Of a stretch of 64,000 nucleotides of DNA, positions 39,600-51,544 are shown one piece after another (position 1 is the stretch's first letter; every line of letters starts with the position of its first letter). A program made the position numbers and the translations under genes. This stretch comes from the human T2T-CHM13v2.0 reference genome, Homo sapiens, in the NCBI RefSeq assembly GCF_009914755.1, contig NC_060933.1; one strand, written 5' to 3'. Below the pieces are notes generated by a model. That model was given only the letters and a program-made list of their open reading frames with translations, ran no database searches and was not told the origin of the DNA.

Positions 39600-40560
39600 T
39601 GAGGGAGGGGGTGGAGGAAGATGGCTGAATAGAAGCCTACATCGTTTGTCTCTTGAGCAGGAACACCAAATTTTAACAACCACACACAAAAATCACCATC
39701 ACAAGAATCAAAAATCAGGTGGGTAATCACAGTACCAGGTTTTAACTTTATTTCACAGAAAGAGACATTGAGGAAGGAAAGGAAAGACCATCTTGAAGGG
39801 CCAATGCCACCCCTCCCTCACCCCCTGTGCTGTCCTTCTTCCAGGAGAGTACAGTAAGGAGAACCTGTGTGCCTGGAAGAAGGAGAGTGTGGTGATTGTG
39901 AGGCTCTGCATTGAACTCGGTGCTGCCCTGTCACAGAAAGCGGAACCCGCTATATTCAGTTGGTGCCCCCGAGAAAGCATTTGGATTAGCCATAGCCAGA
40001 GGGTCATCGCCCATCTCAGCATCAGGGCTTGAGTTCTGGCAAGTCTCAGCACCACAGGCGGGAGTGCTCTGGGGCCTTAAGTGAACTTGAGAGACAGTCT
40101 AGGCCACAAGAACTGCAATTCCAAGGCAAGTCCTAGTGCTGAGCTGGGCTCAGAGCCAGTAGACGGAAGAGGAAGTGGGGGACCTACAACCTGCTGAGAC
40201 ACCAGCCTAGATGGCTTAGGGAGTGCTTGTGCCACCCCTCCCCAGCCCCCAGCATCGATCCTGCTGCACAGAGAAATCTGTGAACTTGGGAGAGGGAGAG
40301 TGCAGTGGGTGGGGGACTTTGCATTGAACTCAGTGCTGTCCTGTTACAGTGGAGACCTGTCAGGATTCATCACCTGCTAACTAAAGACTCCCTGGGTCCT
40401 GAATAACCAACAATGATACCCAGGTAATATGCCATGGGCTTTGGGCTCTTAGATACGTTGGCTTCAGGTGTGACCCAGCACATTCCCAGCTGTGGTGGCT
40501 GTGGTGAAAGACTCCTTCTGTTTGAGAAAAGCAGGGGGAAAATTAAGGGAACTCTTGCAT
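39600..40560 (+). mobile_element. L1 (L1MA/L1M2-type) 5' UTR fragment
   Basis: GGAAGATGGCTGAATAGAAG start, AAGAATCAAAAATCAGGTG, CTTTGCATTGAACTCAGTGCTG and CCCAGCACATTCCCAGCTGTGGTGGCT. Confidence 0.8.
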
Positions 40561-40910
40561 GTTTGATTTTTCAAATGGATTCCTGCCTGTGTGTGACCAC
40601 TCTTTTCTCTCAAAAACTCATCATGGGAACACTGCAATAAAACCAAAGAACCAGGACACCAAAGATTGTTATATATGGATTTGAGAACATAAGGGGAAAT
40701 TCCTGGGCTCCCAGAAGAGGGTAAGGTAAGAGTAGAACTTTTACTACCCTCCTAGCCTCTCCACCCTCAATGCTATATCCAATAATTATCAACTCTGAAA
40801 AAATGATAACATTTATAGCATCTCCAGTTTTGAGCATTAATAAATAGTGAGCTTTCTGATATCTTGGCTCCTTACCAGTTTGGGCTGGCACCAAGACCAT
40901 TAAAAAAAAA

Positions 40911-41723
40911 TTTTTTGTGGGCACATAGTGGGTGTATACATTTATAGGGTACATGAGATACATTGATACAGACACGCAGTAAGAAACAATCATGTCATGG
41001 AAAATGGTGTATCCATCCCCTCAAACATTTATTCTCTGTATCACAAAGAATCCAGTTATATTCTTTTAGTTATTTTAAATATACAATTGAATTATTACTC
41101 ACTGCAATCACCCTGTTGTACTATCAAATACTAGGTCTTATTTATTCTTTCTGTCTATTTTTTGTACCCATTAAGCCATCCCCACTTCCCTCCTATTCCC
41201 CAACCCCCCTACCACCACTACCCTTCCCAGCCTCTGGTAACCATCCTTCTATTCTCTATCTCCATGAGTTCAATTGTTTTAATGTTTAGCACCCACAAAT
41301 AAGTGAGAACATACAAAGTTTGTTTTTCTGTGTCTGGCTTATTTCACGTAACATAATGACTTTCAGTTCTATCCATGTTGCTGCAAATGACAGGATCTCA
41401 TTCTTTTTTACAGCTGCATAGTACTCCACTGTGTATATGTAACACATTTTCATTATCCAGTTATCTGTTGATGGACATTTAGGTTGCTTCCAAATCTTGG
41501 CTATTGTGAACAGTGCTGCAACAAACATAGGAGTACAGATATCTCTTTGATATACTGTCTTCCTTTCTTGTGAGTATATACTCAGCAGTGGGATTGCTGG
41601 ATTGTATGGTAGCTCTGTCCTTAGTATTCTGAGGAACCTCCAAACTGTTCTCCATAGTGGTTGTACTAATTTACATTCCCACCAGCACTGTACGAGGGTT
41701 CCCTTTTCTCCACATCCTTTCCA
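40911..41723 (-). mobile_element. L1MA (L1MA1/2-like) 3' fragment including the ORF2 C-terminus
   Basis: ORF 41286-41768 (-) translates as the L1 ORF2 C-terminal region ([19 protein letters not shown]...PAIPLL...IAKIWKQPKCPS). TSD-like AAATTTTTTG on both sides. Confidence 0.93.
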
Positions 41724-41734
41724 AATTTTTTGGA

Positions 41735-42252
41735 AATTTAAATCAAATAATATCATTTTCTTGCTCAAAAATGTTCCAATGACTTCCTTTCACTCTCAGA
41801 ACAAAATTCACAGTCCCTCCATGACATATAAAGCCCTACATAACCTGGCCCCTACCTATTTTCATGGCTTCACTTGTCTTTCATTTTGTTCCAATCACAT
41901 TGGCATCTTTGTTTCTCTAGTACACAAAATAGTCCCTGCCTCAGGGTCTTTGCATTTGCTGCTTCATCTTTCTACAGTGTCTTCTGCACAAATAGCTATA
42001 TATCTAACTCCTGATTTATTCACATTTCTGCTCAAAGAGGCTCCCTTCACCCCCCTATTCACCCCATCCATCATTATTCCCTCAACTTTACTTTTCTTTG
42101 TAACACTGATCTATTTATCTATTGTTTATTTTCTGTTTCCTTCATTCAGATATAGATATCACAAGGCTAGTAATTTTGTCTGTGCCCCTAGAGTAGTGCC
42201 TAGCACCTGGTGAGCGCTCAATAAATATTTATAGAAGAAACGAACGAATGAC
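41735..42252 (+). mobile_element. L2 3' fragment
   Basis: CCTGCCTCAGGGTCTTTGCATTTGCTG and the end GTGCCTAGCACCTGGTGAGCGCTCAATAAATATTT...AACGAATGA. Confidence 0.85.
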
Positions 42253-43589
42253 TTAATATTTATTGTTCACATATCTTTATCTCACTCTCTGTATATTTTT
42301 CCAAGTATACACCTACCCACACACACACTCCTCCTACATGCAAATACACACATATCACCTATCACACTAAGCACAAAACATTTATCCATGAGGTCAGATT
42401 CATAAAATTCAAATTTATTAGGCATTAACTGAGTATGCTGTAAGTGTAAAGCTCCCTACCAGGTGCAGGGACAAGAGGAAAGTCCTAGATAAAGAAATAA
42501 GAATGGTTTGCACTCTCCAGCAAAGCCCTCTTTCCACTGAATCTTCACTAAATCTATTTTGCTTACTGTAATTGTAGCAAAAAATTTACATCAGAAATTA
42601 TTTCTTTGCACTCACATATGTCCTGAAACTTCACTTTGTTTTTAAGCATGTCACTTTGTAAAATTTTTCCTTTTTTATGTCATTGTGTCCTTGGCACTGT
42701 AATTACCCTTTTACATTGAGTTGCAATTTTGGAATTCTTGATGAGGAATACTCCCAGTACTGAGCTCACACAATTAATTCTTCAAAATAAGATTTAAAAA
42801 CTCTGCATTCTGGATGGAAGACCCTGTCTGGTGATTAGTTGCCTGGAAGAGCTTGTTACAAGCCAAATAGAAGGAGCTGTCATCCTGTTGATGGTTTCCA
42901 GGGACTAAGGCTCCAGGACCTGCAGTAATTTCATTTGTCATCATTGCAAAACCAGATAGTCACGTGAGCTGCCAAGGCCTGCAGCGGAGCAGGTTCACTT
43001 GCCAACTGTCCTTAGGAATCGGAACACAAGGTAGACAAGGCAACTGCTGGAAATGAATTATTTCTAGCAGTTATATTATCATTGTCGTGAAAAATGGAGG
43101 AGGCAGTGAGGTTGGATATACTTGTAAAAATTTCCCAACTCTAGGCAAAAACTTCTAATGATGAAGATATCTCCAGAAATCATAAAAATAACTATCTCCC
43201 TTGTCATGGTGAGAACAGGCTCGGAGGAAGCTTTGATCAGACAGGGCAGCAACAACAGACCAAGAGGAGGAGAAAGAAATGTGACCCTGGGAGAACCTCC
43301 CTACCAGCGTGTTGGGTGTCAGCTAGAGGGAATTCACCTCCAGCAAGACAGCCTGGAGCACAGTGTCCCAGGAGAATAAAAACACAGGTGATACTGAGTC
43401 AAGCAAGAGTGCCAGAGGAAGGTGGGGAAATCACCACCCTGTGGGCAGTCGGAGCTGCATTCGCAGGCTGCCGAGTCTGTCTATCTGTTGATTCGTGGAA
43501 GTTTCTCAGCCAATACCTTGGGATAAAAGTAGAGGACTCAAGTCCCAGGGAAGGAGATTAGCAAGAGCTGAAAAGAGCACAAGGACCTT

Positions 43590-43980
43590 ACATTAGCCAG
43601 GAGAGGCTAAGTTATGTTGTGGTGACAAACCTCAAAGCTCAGCGACTTAAAACCACAAGTTTGTTCTTGCTTGCTCTATGGAACCACTGCAACAGCAAAG
43701 GACTCAGTTCATCATTGGCACTTAGGGATACAGGCTGATGTGACAGTCACCATCTTAAAGATTGCCAGTCACCCTGCCTGAGAGAAAAGAGATCTTGGGA
43801 TGAGGGACTTATATCAGTAAATACGTGCTCTATCTGAGTAATGACCCCCACACAATTCATTGGCCAGGACTAGGTTCATGGGCTTTACGCAAGAGATCCA
43901 GGAAGTACAATTTTACCAAGTAGGTAGGTGGAAAGGAGAACTGGAAATAGTTGGTGAATAGCATTAATGACCAGCACAAC
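43590..43980 (-). mobile_element. Old MLT1 LTR
   Basis: AGGCTAAGTTATGTTGTGGTGACAAAC...ACTTAAAACCACAAG...ATTCATTGGCCAGGACTAG...TTGGTGAATAGCATTAATGACCAGCACA. Confidence 0.7.
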
Positions 43981-44575
43981 CCCCTCCTAGTCCTGTGGGG
44001 TGCTCAGGTCGCAATGCAGAGAATATTGTCCAACTCAGTACCCGAGATCCAGGGGAGTTTGAGAGAGATAATATGAGGGAGGAGAAATGGGAGAGGGGGA
44101 GAAATGGCAAAAGCCCAAAATGTGAACATGAGCCCACAAAATGGAGGTGGGAAGCCTGAAGTGGCAGAGAGGCATGATGTCCCTGCCACCTAGGCTGCCC
44201 CTGGGAATCTCATCTAGATGGTGGATAACTTAATTCCAAATCCATCCTCTCTCAATGTGGGGACTGAGGCCACAAACACACTCCTTCCTGCAATCCTGAT
44301 GGGCTACGGGTCCTCCAGGACCTGCAGGAGATGCCCAGCAGAAGGTTATACCTGTGAGAAAATACAGATGGGAAAGTTGGGGAGGAGAGGCAGAGGCTGA
44401 CACCTGGTGCTTATCTTTCTCCAACTTAGATGCATTTATATTGTTTTCAAGGAATGTCATCGTGAGTCTCAAACACCCACAGGAATAGATAGAAGGAAGA
44501 ATTTTTTGAAGCTTTTGAAATTCTCAGATGTGTTCCTAAGGGAGGTGGAGGACTTTTGTTTGCTTAAGGCTCTAA

Positions 44576-44756
44576 AGCAGAGTTTAACAGAGCATAGTTC
44601 AAGACCACCTGCGTCTGAATCACAGGGGAGCTTGTTAAACACGCAGCTCCCTGGGCTTCTCCAGACTTGCTGTATCAGAGCTTCTGGGGATGGAGCCCAG
44701 AAATTTGCATGCTTGACAAGTTTCCCTGGTGCAAATGAAAGCTGGAGAACCACTGC
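44576..44756. mobile_element. MER5-family DNA transposon
   Basis: GAATCAC...GGGAGCTTGTTAAA...GGAGCCCAGAAATTTGCAT...GGAGAACCACTGC. Confidence 0.75.
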
Positions 44757-46799
44757 CTTAAAAAGGAATAAGATGGCTCTTGGGGTGGCACAGGTTGGTC
44801 CTTCCTGGAAACAGAAATGGCAGTTCTTCTAGTCCTATGGCCTTAGACTCGAGGGCAGCAGTTTAAAGATTCCCATGGATATCACAAATCAGTCCTGTAT
44901 TTATTCTGGTTCATAACCTAATTCTGGCACCAACCTCTAAAGTGTTTCAACTTTCCCCGGCATTTGCCGGAGTCTGAACTACCAGTTGCTGTGATGGGAA
45001 AGACAGGTGGCTGGGCCTATGGGGCAGGGGATCTGCTCTCCCCAGGAGACAATTACATGCTCAGAAAAGGACAACCATGGCTTGTCCTAGGCAACAGAGG
45101 GGAACTCTTGTCAGCATTTTGAAGAGCTGGCGCCGTGCTTGAAAGGGGCTGACGGGAGCCACTGATTGGTCTGGCTGAAAAACAATTGCTTATGAGGAGG
45201 ATCAGTGTCAACTTTGAAATGAGCCATGCTCGAATTAGCACCGTCGTGGTAACAAGCAGAATGAGCAGGGCTGAAATGACATATTTAGTCAGGAAAGAGG
45301 CCTGTGTTTAAGGACGGATTCTTTCAAAAGGAAACAACACAGGAGACTTGGATGAGCCTCTGGCTCCTTGTTTGTCTGGTTTAAAATTCAGGAAAATTGA
45401 CATTTCATTGAGTGGCTCCTTCCCTGGCGTTCCGTGTGTAGCTTCTGTATTTCTGTAGCAGCCATCTGCTACAGATGCTACATGGTCCCATACCAGTCCT
45501 TTCTGGATCATTATACTGGTTCCATCCTTCATGGTGCCATGTGTCTTGAAGAGTCATGCAACCTCTATGTGTTCCGGAGTTTCCAAAGGTGGGCTGCCAC
45601 GGCTCCCTGCTGATTGTGGGCACCCTGAGCAGCTCCATGGAAAAAGCAAACCACAGCGGCTCAACCCTGGGAACTGAGGTCCGTTTTCCCCTCCTTCTTA
45701 AGGACCATCTCCCTCTAATAATTTGCAGAGAGTGCTCGTGGTGGTGTGATGGTGGTGGGAGCACAGCCGAGTGAATGGCGGTGCCACCCTCTTCCCAGCC
45801 TCCTTTCCCCCCGCCCCGCCTTTGTTTTTTGCTTCACTGTGAGCTTCCACTCTCTTTATTTCTGGCCTCAGCTCCAAACTCTTGGTCTCGTGATCCCCTC
45901 AGCTGAGGTTGTCCCTTCTCTTCACAGAGGCCCCAAAGCAAAGTTTGTAATGGTCAAATGAAGTTCTTGGGCCAGGTCCCCTCCTCCTCCCTAGGTCTGG
46001 GTAGGTGGTGGGAAATGGGGCAGGAAGCTGGTCATTCTTCCAATTATCCCTTCATAAGCCTTTACTTGTTCAACTTCCTCTTGGAGAAAATGTGGGAATA
46101 ATGCCTCCCTTTAAGAATAATAATTTCTAAAAAGCCTGGCTCAATGCCTGGCCAAAAAAAGAAAAAAGAAAAAGCCTGCAATACATATTTCTTGAATTGA
46201 ACTGGACTATTTTCATTAATATTAAAACTGATACTCTTATGATATTTCCTTCCTATTTTGAAGCGGCATTGATTCAGCCTCCTAGATCAGTCACATTACA
46301 GATGTCACACAAAGCGGGATTTTTTTCTTATCTCTGTAGCATACAAAACGAACAGCTATACTTGTCTTAATTTAGGAGCAAAGTGTTTTTGCCTCTTTGC
46401 TCTTAAAACCGTTCTTTACCAGAGTTCAAAATGCACGGTTGGAAGATGTTGTCCAGTTTGTAATTGGGAGCGGGAGTCCATTCCTAGCTCTCTGCACACA
46501 CCCAGCCAAGTGATTTGACATTCTTCATCCTGGCCTCCCCACCAGTAAAACTGGGGACAATGTCCATCTTCCTGATGGTCATTTGTCAGCTGTGTTGTAA
46601 AGATGAATAAAAGAAGATCATTCAAACGTGTTCTAATCCTCCAAAGAAAAAGTTGCTATAGTAACCCAAAGCACGAGTCGAGGTCTCCGTTCATCGTTGG
46701 AAAATCTTGCAAAAGAAAAAAAAAAAAAGTTTTTGCGTAGGGGAAAAAAGACATCATGTGTCAATCACCCATTTAAGGTAATACTTGGAACTCACAAAC

Positions 46800-47125
46800 A
46801 GATCGAGAATCACTTCCGGAAGGTTACAGAATGAGTGTGTTGAGAGTAACTTGCAGCAAAGAAAAAGCTGAGCGCAGCTCCTCGCCGCTCGGCCATCTGG
46901 CGCGCTCCCGCTCCCTCCACCCTTCTGTCGCTCACCTGGTGGAGCGCGGCCCGGGGACGGCAGGGGGCGGCTGTGCGGCTCCGACGCCACGCTGGTGCTG
47001 CAGCAGCAAGCGCCGCGAGCCAGCCACGAGACAGGAGAGCCCATTAATTGGCTAATTTTGCTTATAATGTCTGGTCACTGCTTGGCAGGCCCAGCTGTCT
47101 CTCGGGCGGGGTTTGCTTGGGCTCG
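46800..47125 (-). promoter_or_regulatory. Short CpG island; candidate promoter and first exon of a minus-strand transcript
   Basis: 21 CpG in about 46872-47030 against a CpG-depleted background. GC box GGGCGGGG at 47104-47111, minus-strand TATAAG at 47066-47061, donor CCAG|GTGAGC at 46936/46935, and ETS ACTTCCGG at 46812-46819. Confidence 0.65.
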
Positions 47126-47526
47126 TTTGGAGAACTGGCCTGGCTTGGAATTTTTTGAATGACTTGATGACATCTTCAAATGGCTCAATCTCAGACCGAC
47201 TCCCATCTTTGTCTTTACCTTTGCCCCACACTCTAGATCAACCCTTCTGGCCCAGCTACCTCTGGCAGGCCAGTTCAGAGGCCAACCTCAGTGGGTCTCT
47301 CCAAGTTCCTGCTCTTTCCTAACTTCAGACTCTCTCCTTTCAGGTGGGGGAAGATGGCTGGGAACTCTCAGCTACCCACAGTCTGCCTTGGGAATCCTCT
47401 GTGATCAAATATGTCACTACCCGAGGGACATCTCAGGTTCTAAACTCATCCTAGGTCCCTAGCACCAGAGGACATAAACTTCTCAGGTGTTTACTGCAAT
47501 CTGGATTTCAGTACTTTTCTCCTGAG

Positions 47527-47528
<2 letters not shown>

Positions 47529-47570
<42 letters not shown>
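47529..47570. repeat. (GT)21 microsatellite
   Basis: Direct read. Confidence 0.97.
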
Positions 47571-47573
<3 letters not shown>

Positions 47574-48740
47574 TGTGTTCCTAAGGTATTTTTTGGTTCT
47601 TTGTGAAAATTTGCTAGAAATTGCTGAACAAAGATGAGCCCATGGCTTACCTCTATTTGATGTTTTAGTTTGCTGTCAGTTACCCCTGGATGTTTTTCTG
47701 TTTCTCTAGGATTTTGCTTTGCAAACTTCTCACAGGCCTTGGAAACATGCTTTTTTTTTTTCTTTTTTCAATACAGCTTCATTCCAATACCCCACCCCAA
47801 AATTCTTCCCTTTTTAGACCTACAGAGGGACCATGTCTCCTACTATCAACTTCAAAATCTTTAAGAACCTCATAACCTTATACTCCCCTTCTTTGCCCCC
47901 AAGGAAATGCCGTTACCATGCCCTCTATCTCTTTCTGGGCCTGTGCTGGAAATGCCTTTTTATTCCGTACAGTTTGCCCAGCTCCCTCGTTTATTTGTCA
48001 AAGATTTCCTGAAACCCCATTTTCTTCCCAATGACCGTTCTGCCCATTGGAGGGGACTGGTGACTTATCTTGACATCCAATGCACGGATGTCTTGTCTTC
48101 CTTCCAGCTGTCTCAGCTTTCACATAATGAAGATTTTATAATCTTTTTATTTGCTCAATGCTTGCAACTTGGTGCGTGTGACTTCTCATCCCTTTGGGTT
48201 TGCAGTGTGCAAACTACTCGACATCAGATGTTGTCTTTACCTAGCCTTGTCCACTCACTGCATGGCTCCAGGTAATTTAATTTTCCTTCACGATAATGAG
48301 GAGCTCTGGTTTACAAATGGCAAAATGAAGTACTGATAGATTCCTCAGAACAAATTAGTGGCTTGATTAGACATGGAGTTAATCTTTTAGTGCATGAGTT
48401 ATTTGGTCCCATTCTCTACAGTTTTTCCTTTTTCTTAGATCCCACAAAAGAGGGGAGCCATTCTTTCCATCTAAATTCCGCTCCACTTCCCTTACTACTT
48501 GAGGGACATTTTATACATGCTATTCCATGAAAATGAAAAACTCACGTTGCAAAGAGCAACAACATTAGAGCCTTTATCTTACTGTTAAGTTTCTAACAAG
48601 CTCTCAGAATGTGACTTGTTTTTCTTCGGGAAATAATTCAGTTAACAGTCAGTTACGGTTCTTCTCAAGGATAAGATAGAGTCACTGAAATCCAATTCCT
48701 TTTGAAGTTTTCCTTTTTAGTGAAAGTGTGACTCTGGGGC

Positions 48741-48742
<2 letters not shown>

Positions 48743-48794
<52 letters not shown>
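48743..48794. repeat. (GT)26 microsatellite
   Basis: Direct read. Confidence 0.97.
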
Positions 48795-48797
<3 letters not shown>

Positions 48798-51544
48798 GTG
48801 TCTTGGAGTCCTGGTAAAAAGAACAAAACTGTAAGCATCTTGGAGGAAATGTCCATAGCTAAATTCAAAGTTGAGAGCTCTTCCCTGGGCTCAAGTTTCA
48901 CTGAAAACCCAAAACCTGGGCCAAATTCAGCAAAAGGCTGATTTGTGGCTGCGACCCTTTAGGGCTGAGCAAATCTGATAGTTCATCAGGAGTGGTTTCT
49001 TGGGGACCCCAGGTCAGTTTGTGGGAGACAGTCTGTGTCCAATTAGGACTTGATGTGCAAGGAGGGTTTACTAATGATCTAAAGAACAATTTTGGGTTTC
49101 TGTAAAGAGAAGCCACACACACATGCACACATATAGACACAGACAAACACCTTATCTGGGTTTTGCAAGGTTTGCATGTGAGGGACTCTTCCAACTGCGT
49201 TTCACTTTGATGTTTTCAGGCTCAGAGAACTGTACTTTATTATTTTTTTTTTTTTAAAAAGGAAATTTCCTGTTGTAAGACATTCAGAAACCAGAAACAA
49301 ACGAGGAAGTGTGCTGCCTCCTCCTTGGGAAACATCAACCCCATTTTTACACCTTTAACTAGGCCCCTCTGGGATGAACAGTGATGATCACTAGCCGTCA
49401 CTTTGGAACTCCAACTTTAAAGAAACATTTCTGACACACAAATAATTTGCAAACACTAGGGCTGGAAAAGTCCCAGTGCAGCTTCCAGTTATTAAGCACA
49501 GATCGACACTCAGGCGTGCTTTGGTCCCGGAGAATCTTTTTACATAAAACAATTAGATCTGCCTATATATCTTGTCACCAATCAAATCACTGCTTTGTGC
49601 TAAAGCAAGATAAATACATGCCTGCATTCCTTGTGCAGGGAAATAGCCTAAGTGAATTATTTTGAAAATCTGATTGTGAGATATGCCTGTTCCCTTTAAC
49701 AAACAGAAAAGGCAGAGTTGAATGACCATCCTTGTCCTATAAAATCCCAGCTGTAGTGAAATCAGCTTCTCATGTTTGCTGCTAGATAATGGTAGAAAAC
49801 ATTTAGGCAATTGCTACTTCTTTTGAAACACTGTGAAAAGTAACACAAAAACAAACCAAAACAAAAACAGCAGGAGAAGAGAATGTAAAATAGTTTTCAG
49901 GTAGCATTTGGGGAAAAAAAAAAAAAAAATCCAAAGAGCAGTACCTTTCTTCCACATGCTTCTCAGTGTTTTTCTCTTTGTTTTGACTGTAACCTTAATT
50001 CTCCACATCTAGCATGACAGATAGCAAGAAGACTGAATTCTACCATATGGTTGACATCTTAAAGGAAGTTTCACTTACATGGTGGAAGTTTAGAGGAGCT
50101 TTTTGCTGTATTCGAGGGAAGAAAAGGAAAAAAGAGTGCGTATGTGTGTTTTGTACGTCTACTCATGCAGGATTTTTATTTAAAAACAAAAACCCTGGAT
50201 GTCTGGAAATAATTGAGATCCCACATAATATATAAATCAATAAAGAGAAATGCGTAAACAATTCAGATAGCAACCAAGAAACAGATTAATGTAAAATAAC
50301 ATAATTCTGCAACACATTGTCTTCTGGCCTTCTTTTTAGGTAGTGAAAACACATGTTTGTGAAGTCTGGTTTCCAGGACATTCCCTTTAAAACATCTTCA
50401 AAAACGTTATCTTATCTCTGGCACACTCTGGCCTTAACCCGGAGTCCGATGTCTCTGGGATAATGATGGTGAATGCTCATGAGATCCAGAAAGCAATATG
50501 TTAACCATACAGTGTTCAAAACCGTTCATCAGATGGAGACACTGGTATGTGCATATTCCGCGGCACAGCAGCAGAAAGGATGGCGGGCCTTTATGTTGTC
50601 TGATAATGCAGCTCTTTGAAACATTGCTGGCGGACTCTCTTCACATCATGTCACACAGGACAAGAAACGGGACAGGCCCTCTCTGCTTCTCAATTCATCG
50701 ACCTGCCATACAATACAACAAACCAGCTTTTTCAAGGCCCCCTGAATGAAGGCCTGTGCCTGCAAGGGAAATTTAATTGGATTTCTTTATGGGTTGCAAC
50801 AATCCAATGAAAAATTATGTAAGAATGGCATGATTCAGTTTCAGCATGCACTTGAATAATAATAATTTTTTTATTTATAACAAGAATTCTTTAAAAAAAT
50901 AATAAGAATTTTTAAATGAAAACACCCTGCACCAGCACTTTTCAGCTCAACTCGACCAGGCAGCCCAACTTTATACATGGCAGCTTGTGTTGTGTGGATG
51001 TTTGTGTCATTGTCCCAGCTTAGAAAATGATTTTAAATGCATAGATTGCAACACATTCAGAATGGAGTCGGAGGCTTTCAAAAGCGCTTGATTTGGCTTT
51101 CTGGAAGAATAACGTTGTCTTTAACAATGTCCCCGGCTTTGAACCAAAGTGCATTTGTGCATCCTAGAGAGCAGGAAAATGTCCATCACTCCATCCACTC
51201 TTCGGAACATCTTTGTGACATACGAAGATTAAGTCCTCTGTCACATTTTGACATTTCCAAATCGGTAACAGCATTGCAGATTATTTCTTATCCTCCTCCT
51301 GGAAGTGGGCAAGTGGCTAGTATCTGCCTAAGATTCCTTTTTTGTTTTTCCTTTGCTAGGATCCTTCCTCTTATTCCCATGGTTCCAGGTGTCCTTTCTG
51401 GCTACTGGGGCAGCATATTAGTTAAAAGCAGTTCATTGCACGCATCTCCATCCACAAATAGCCACACAGTTGAAATTCAAGGTGGCGGATAATTTAGGTT
51501 TATCTCTTTTATTACTTAAGCTATTCTTTCACTCATCTATCATC

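Noticed and set aside
39600-41723. Single inverted (twin-primed) L1 made from the plus 5' UTR and the minus 3' fragment
   Set aside because: The geometry is wrong. The tail of the 3' piece faces the 5' UTR piece, ~350 bp of other sequence intervenes, and the 3' piece has its own TSD-like flanks.
41602-42213. Longest ORF (203 aa, plus strand)
   Set aside because: It spans antisense L1 and an L2 fragment. The hydrophobic composition reflects T/C-rich DNA, not a membrane protein.
46754-47055. ORFs across the CpG island (96 aa minus, 74 aa plus)
   Set aside because: GC-rich DNA is stop-poor. The minus ORF reads through the predicted donor and its ATG is probably upstream of the inferred start. 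No family resemblance.
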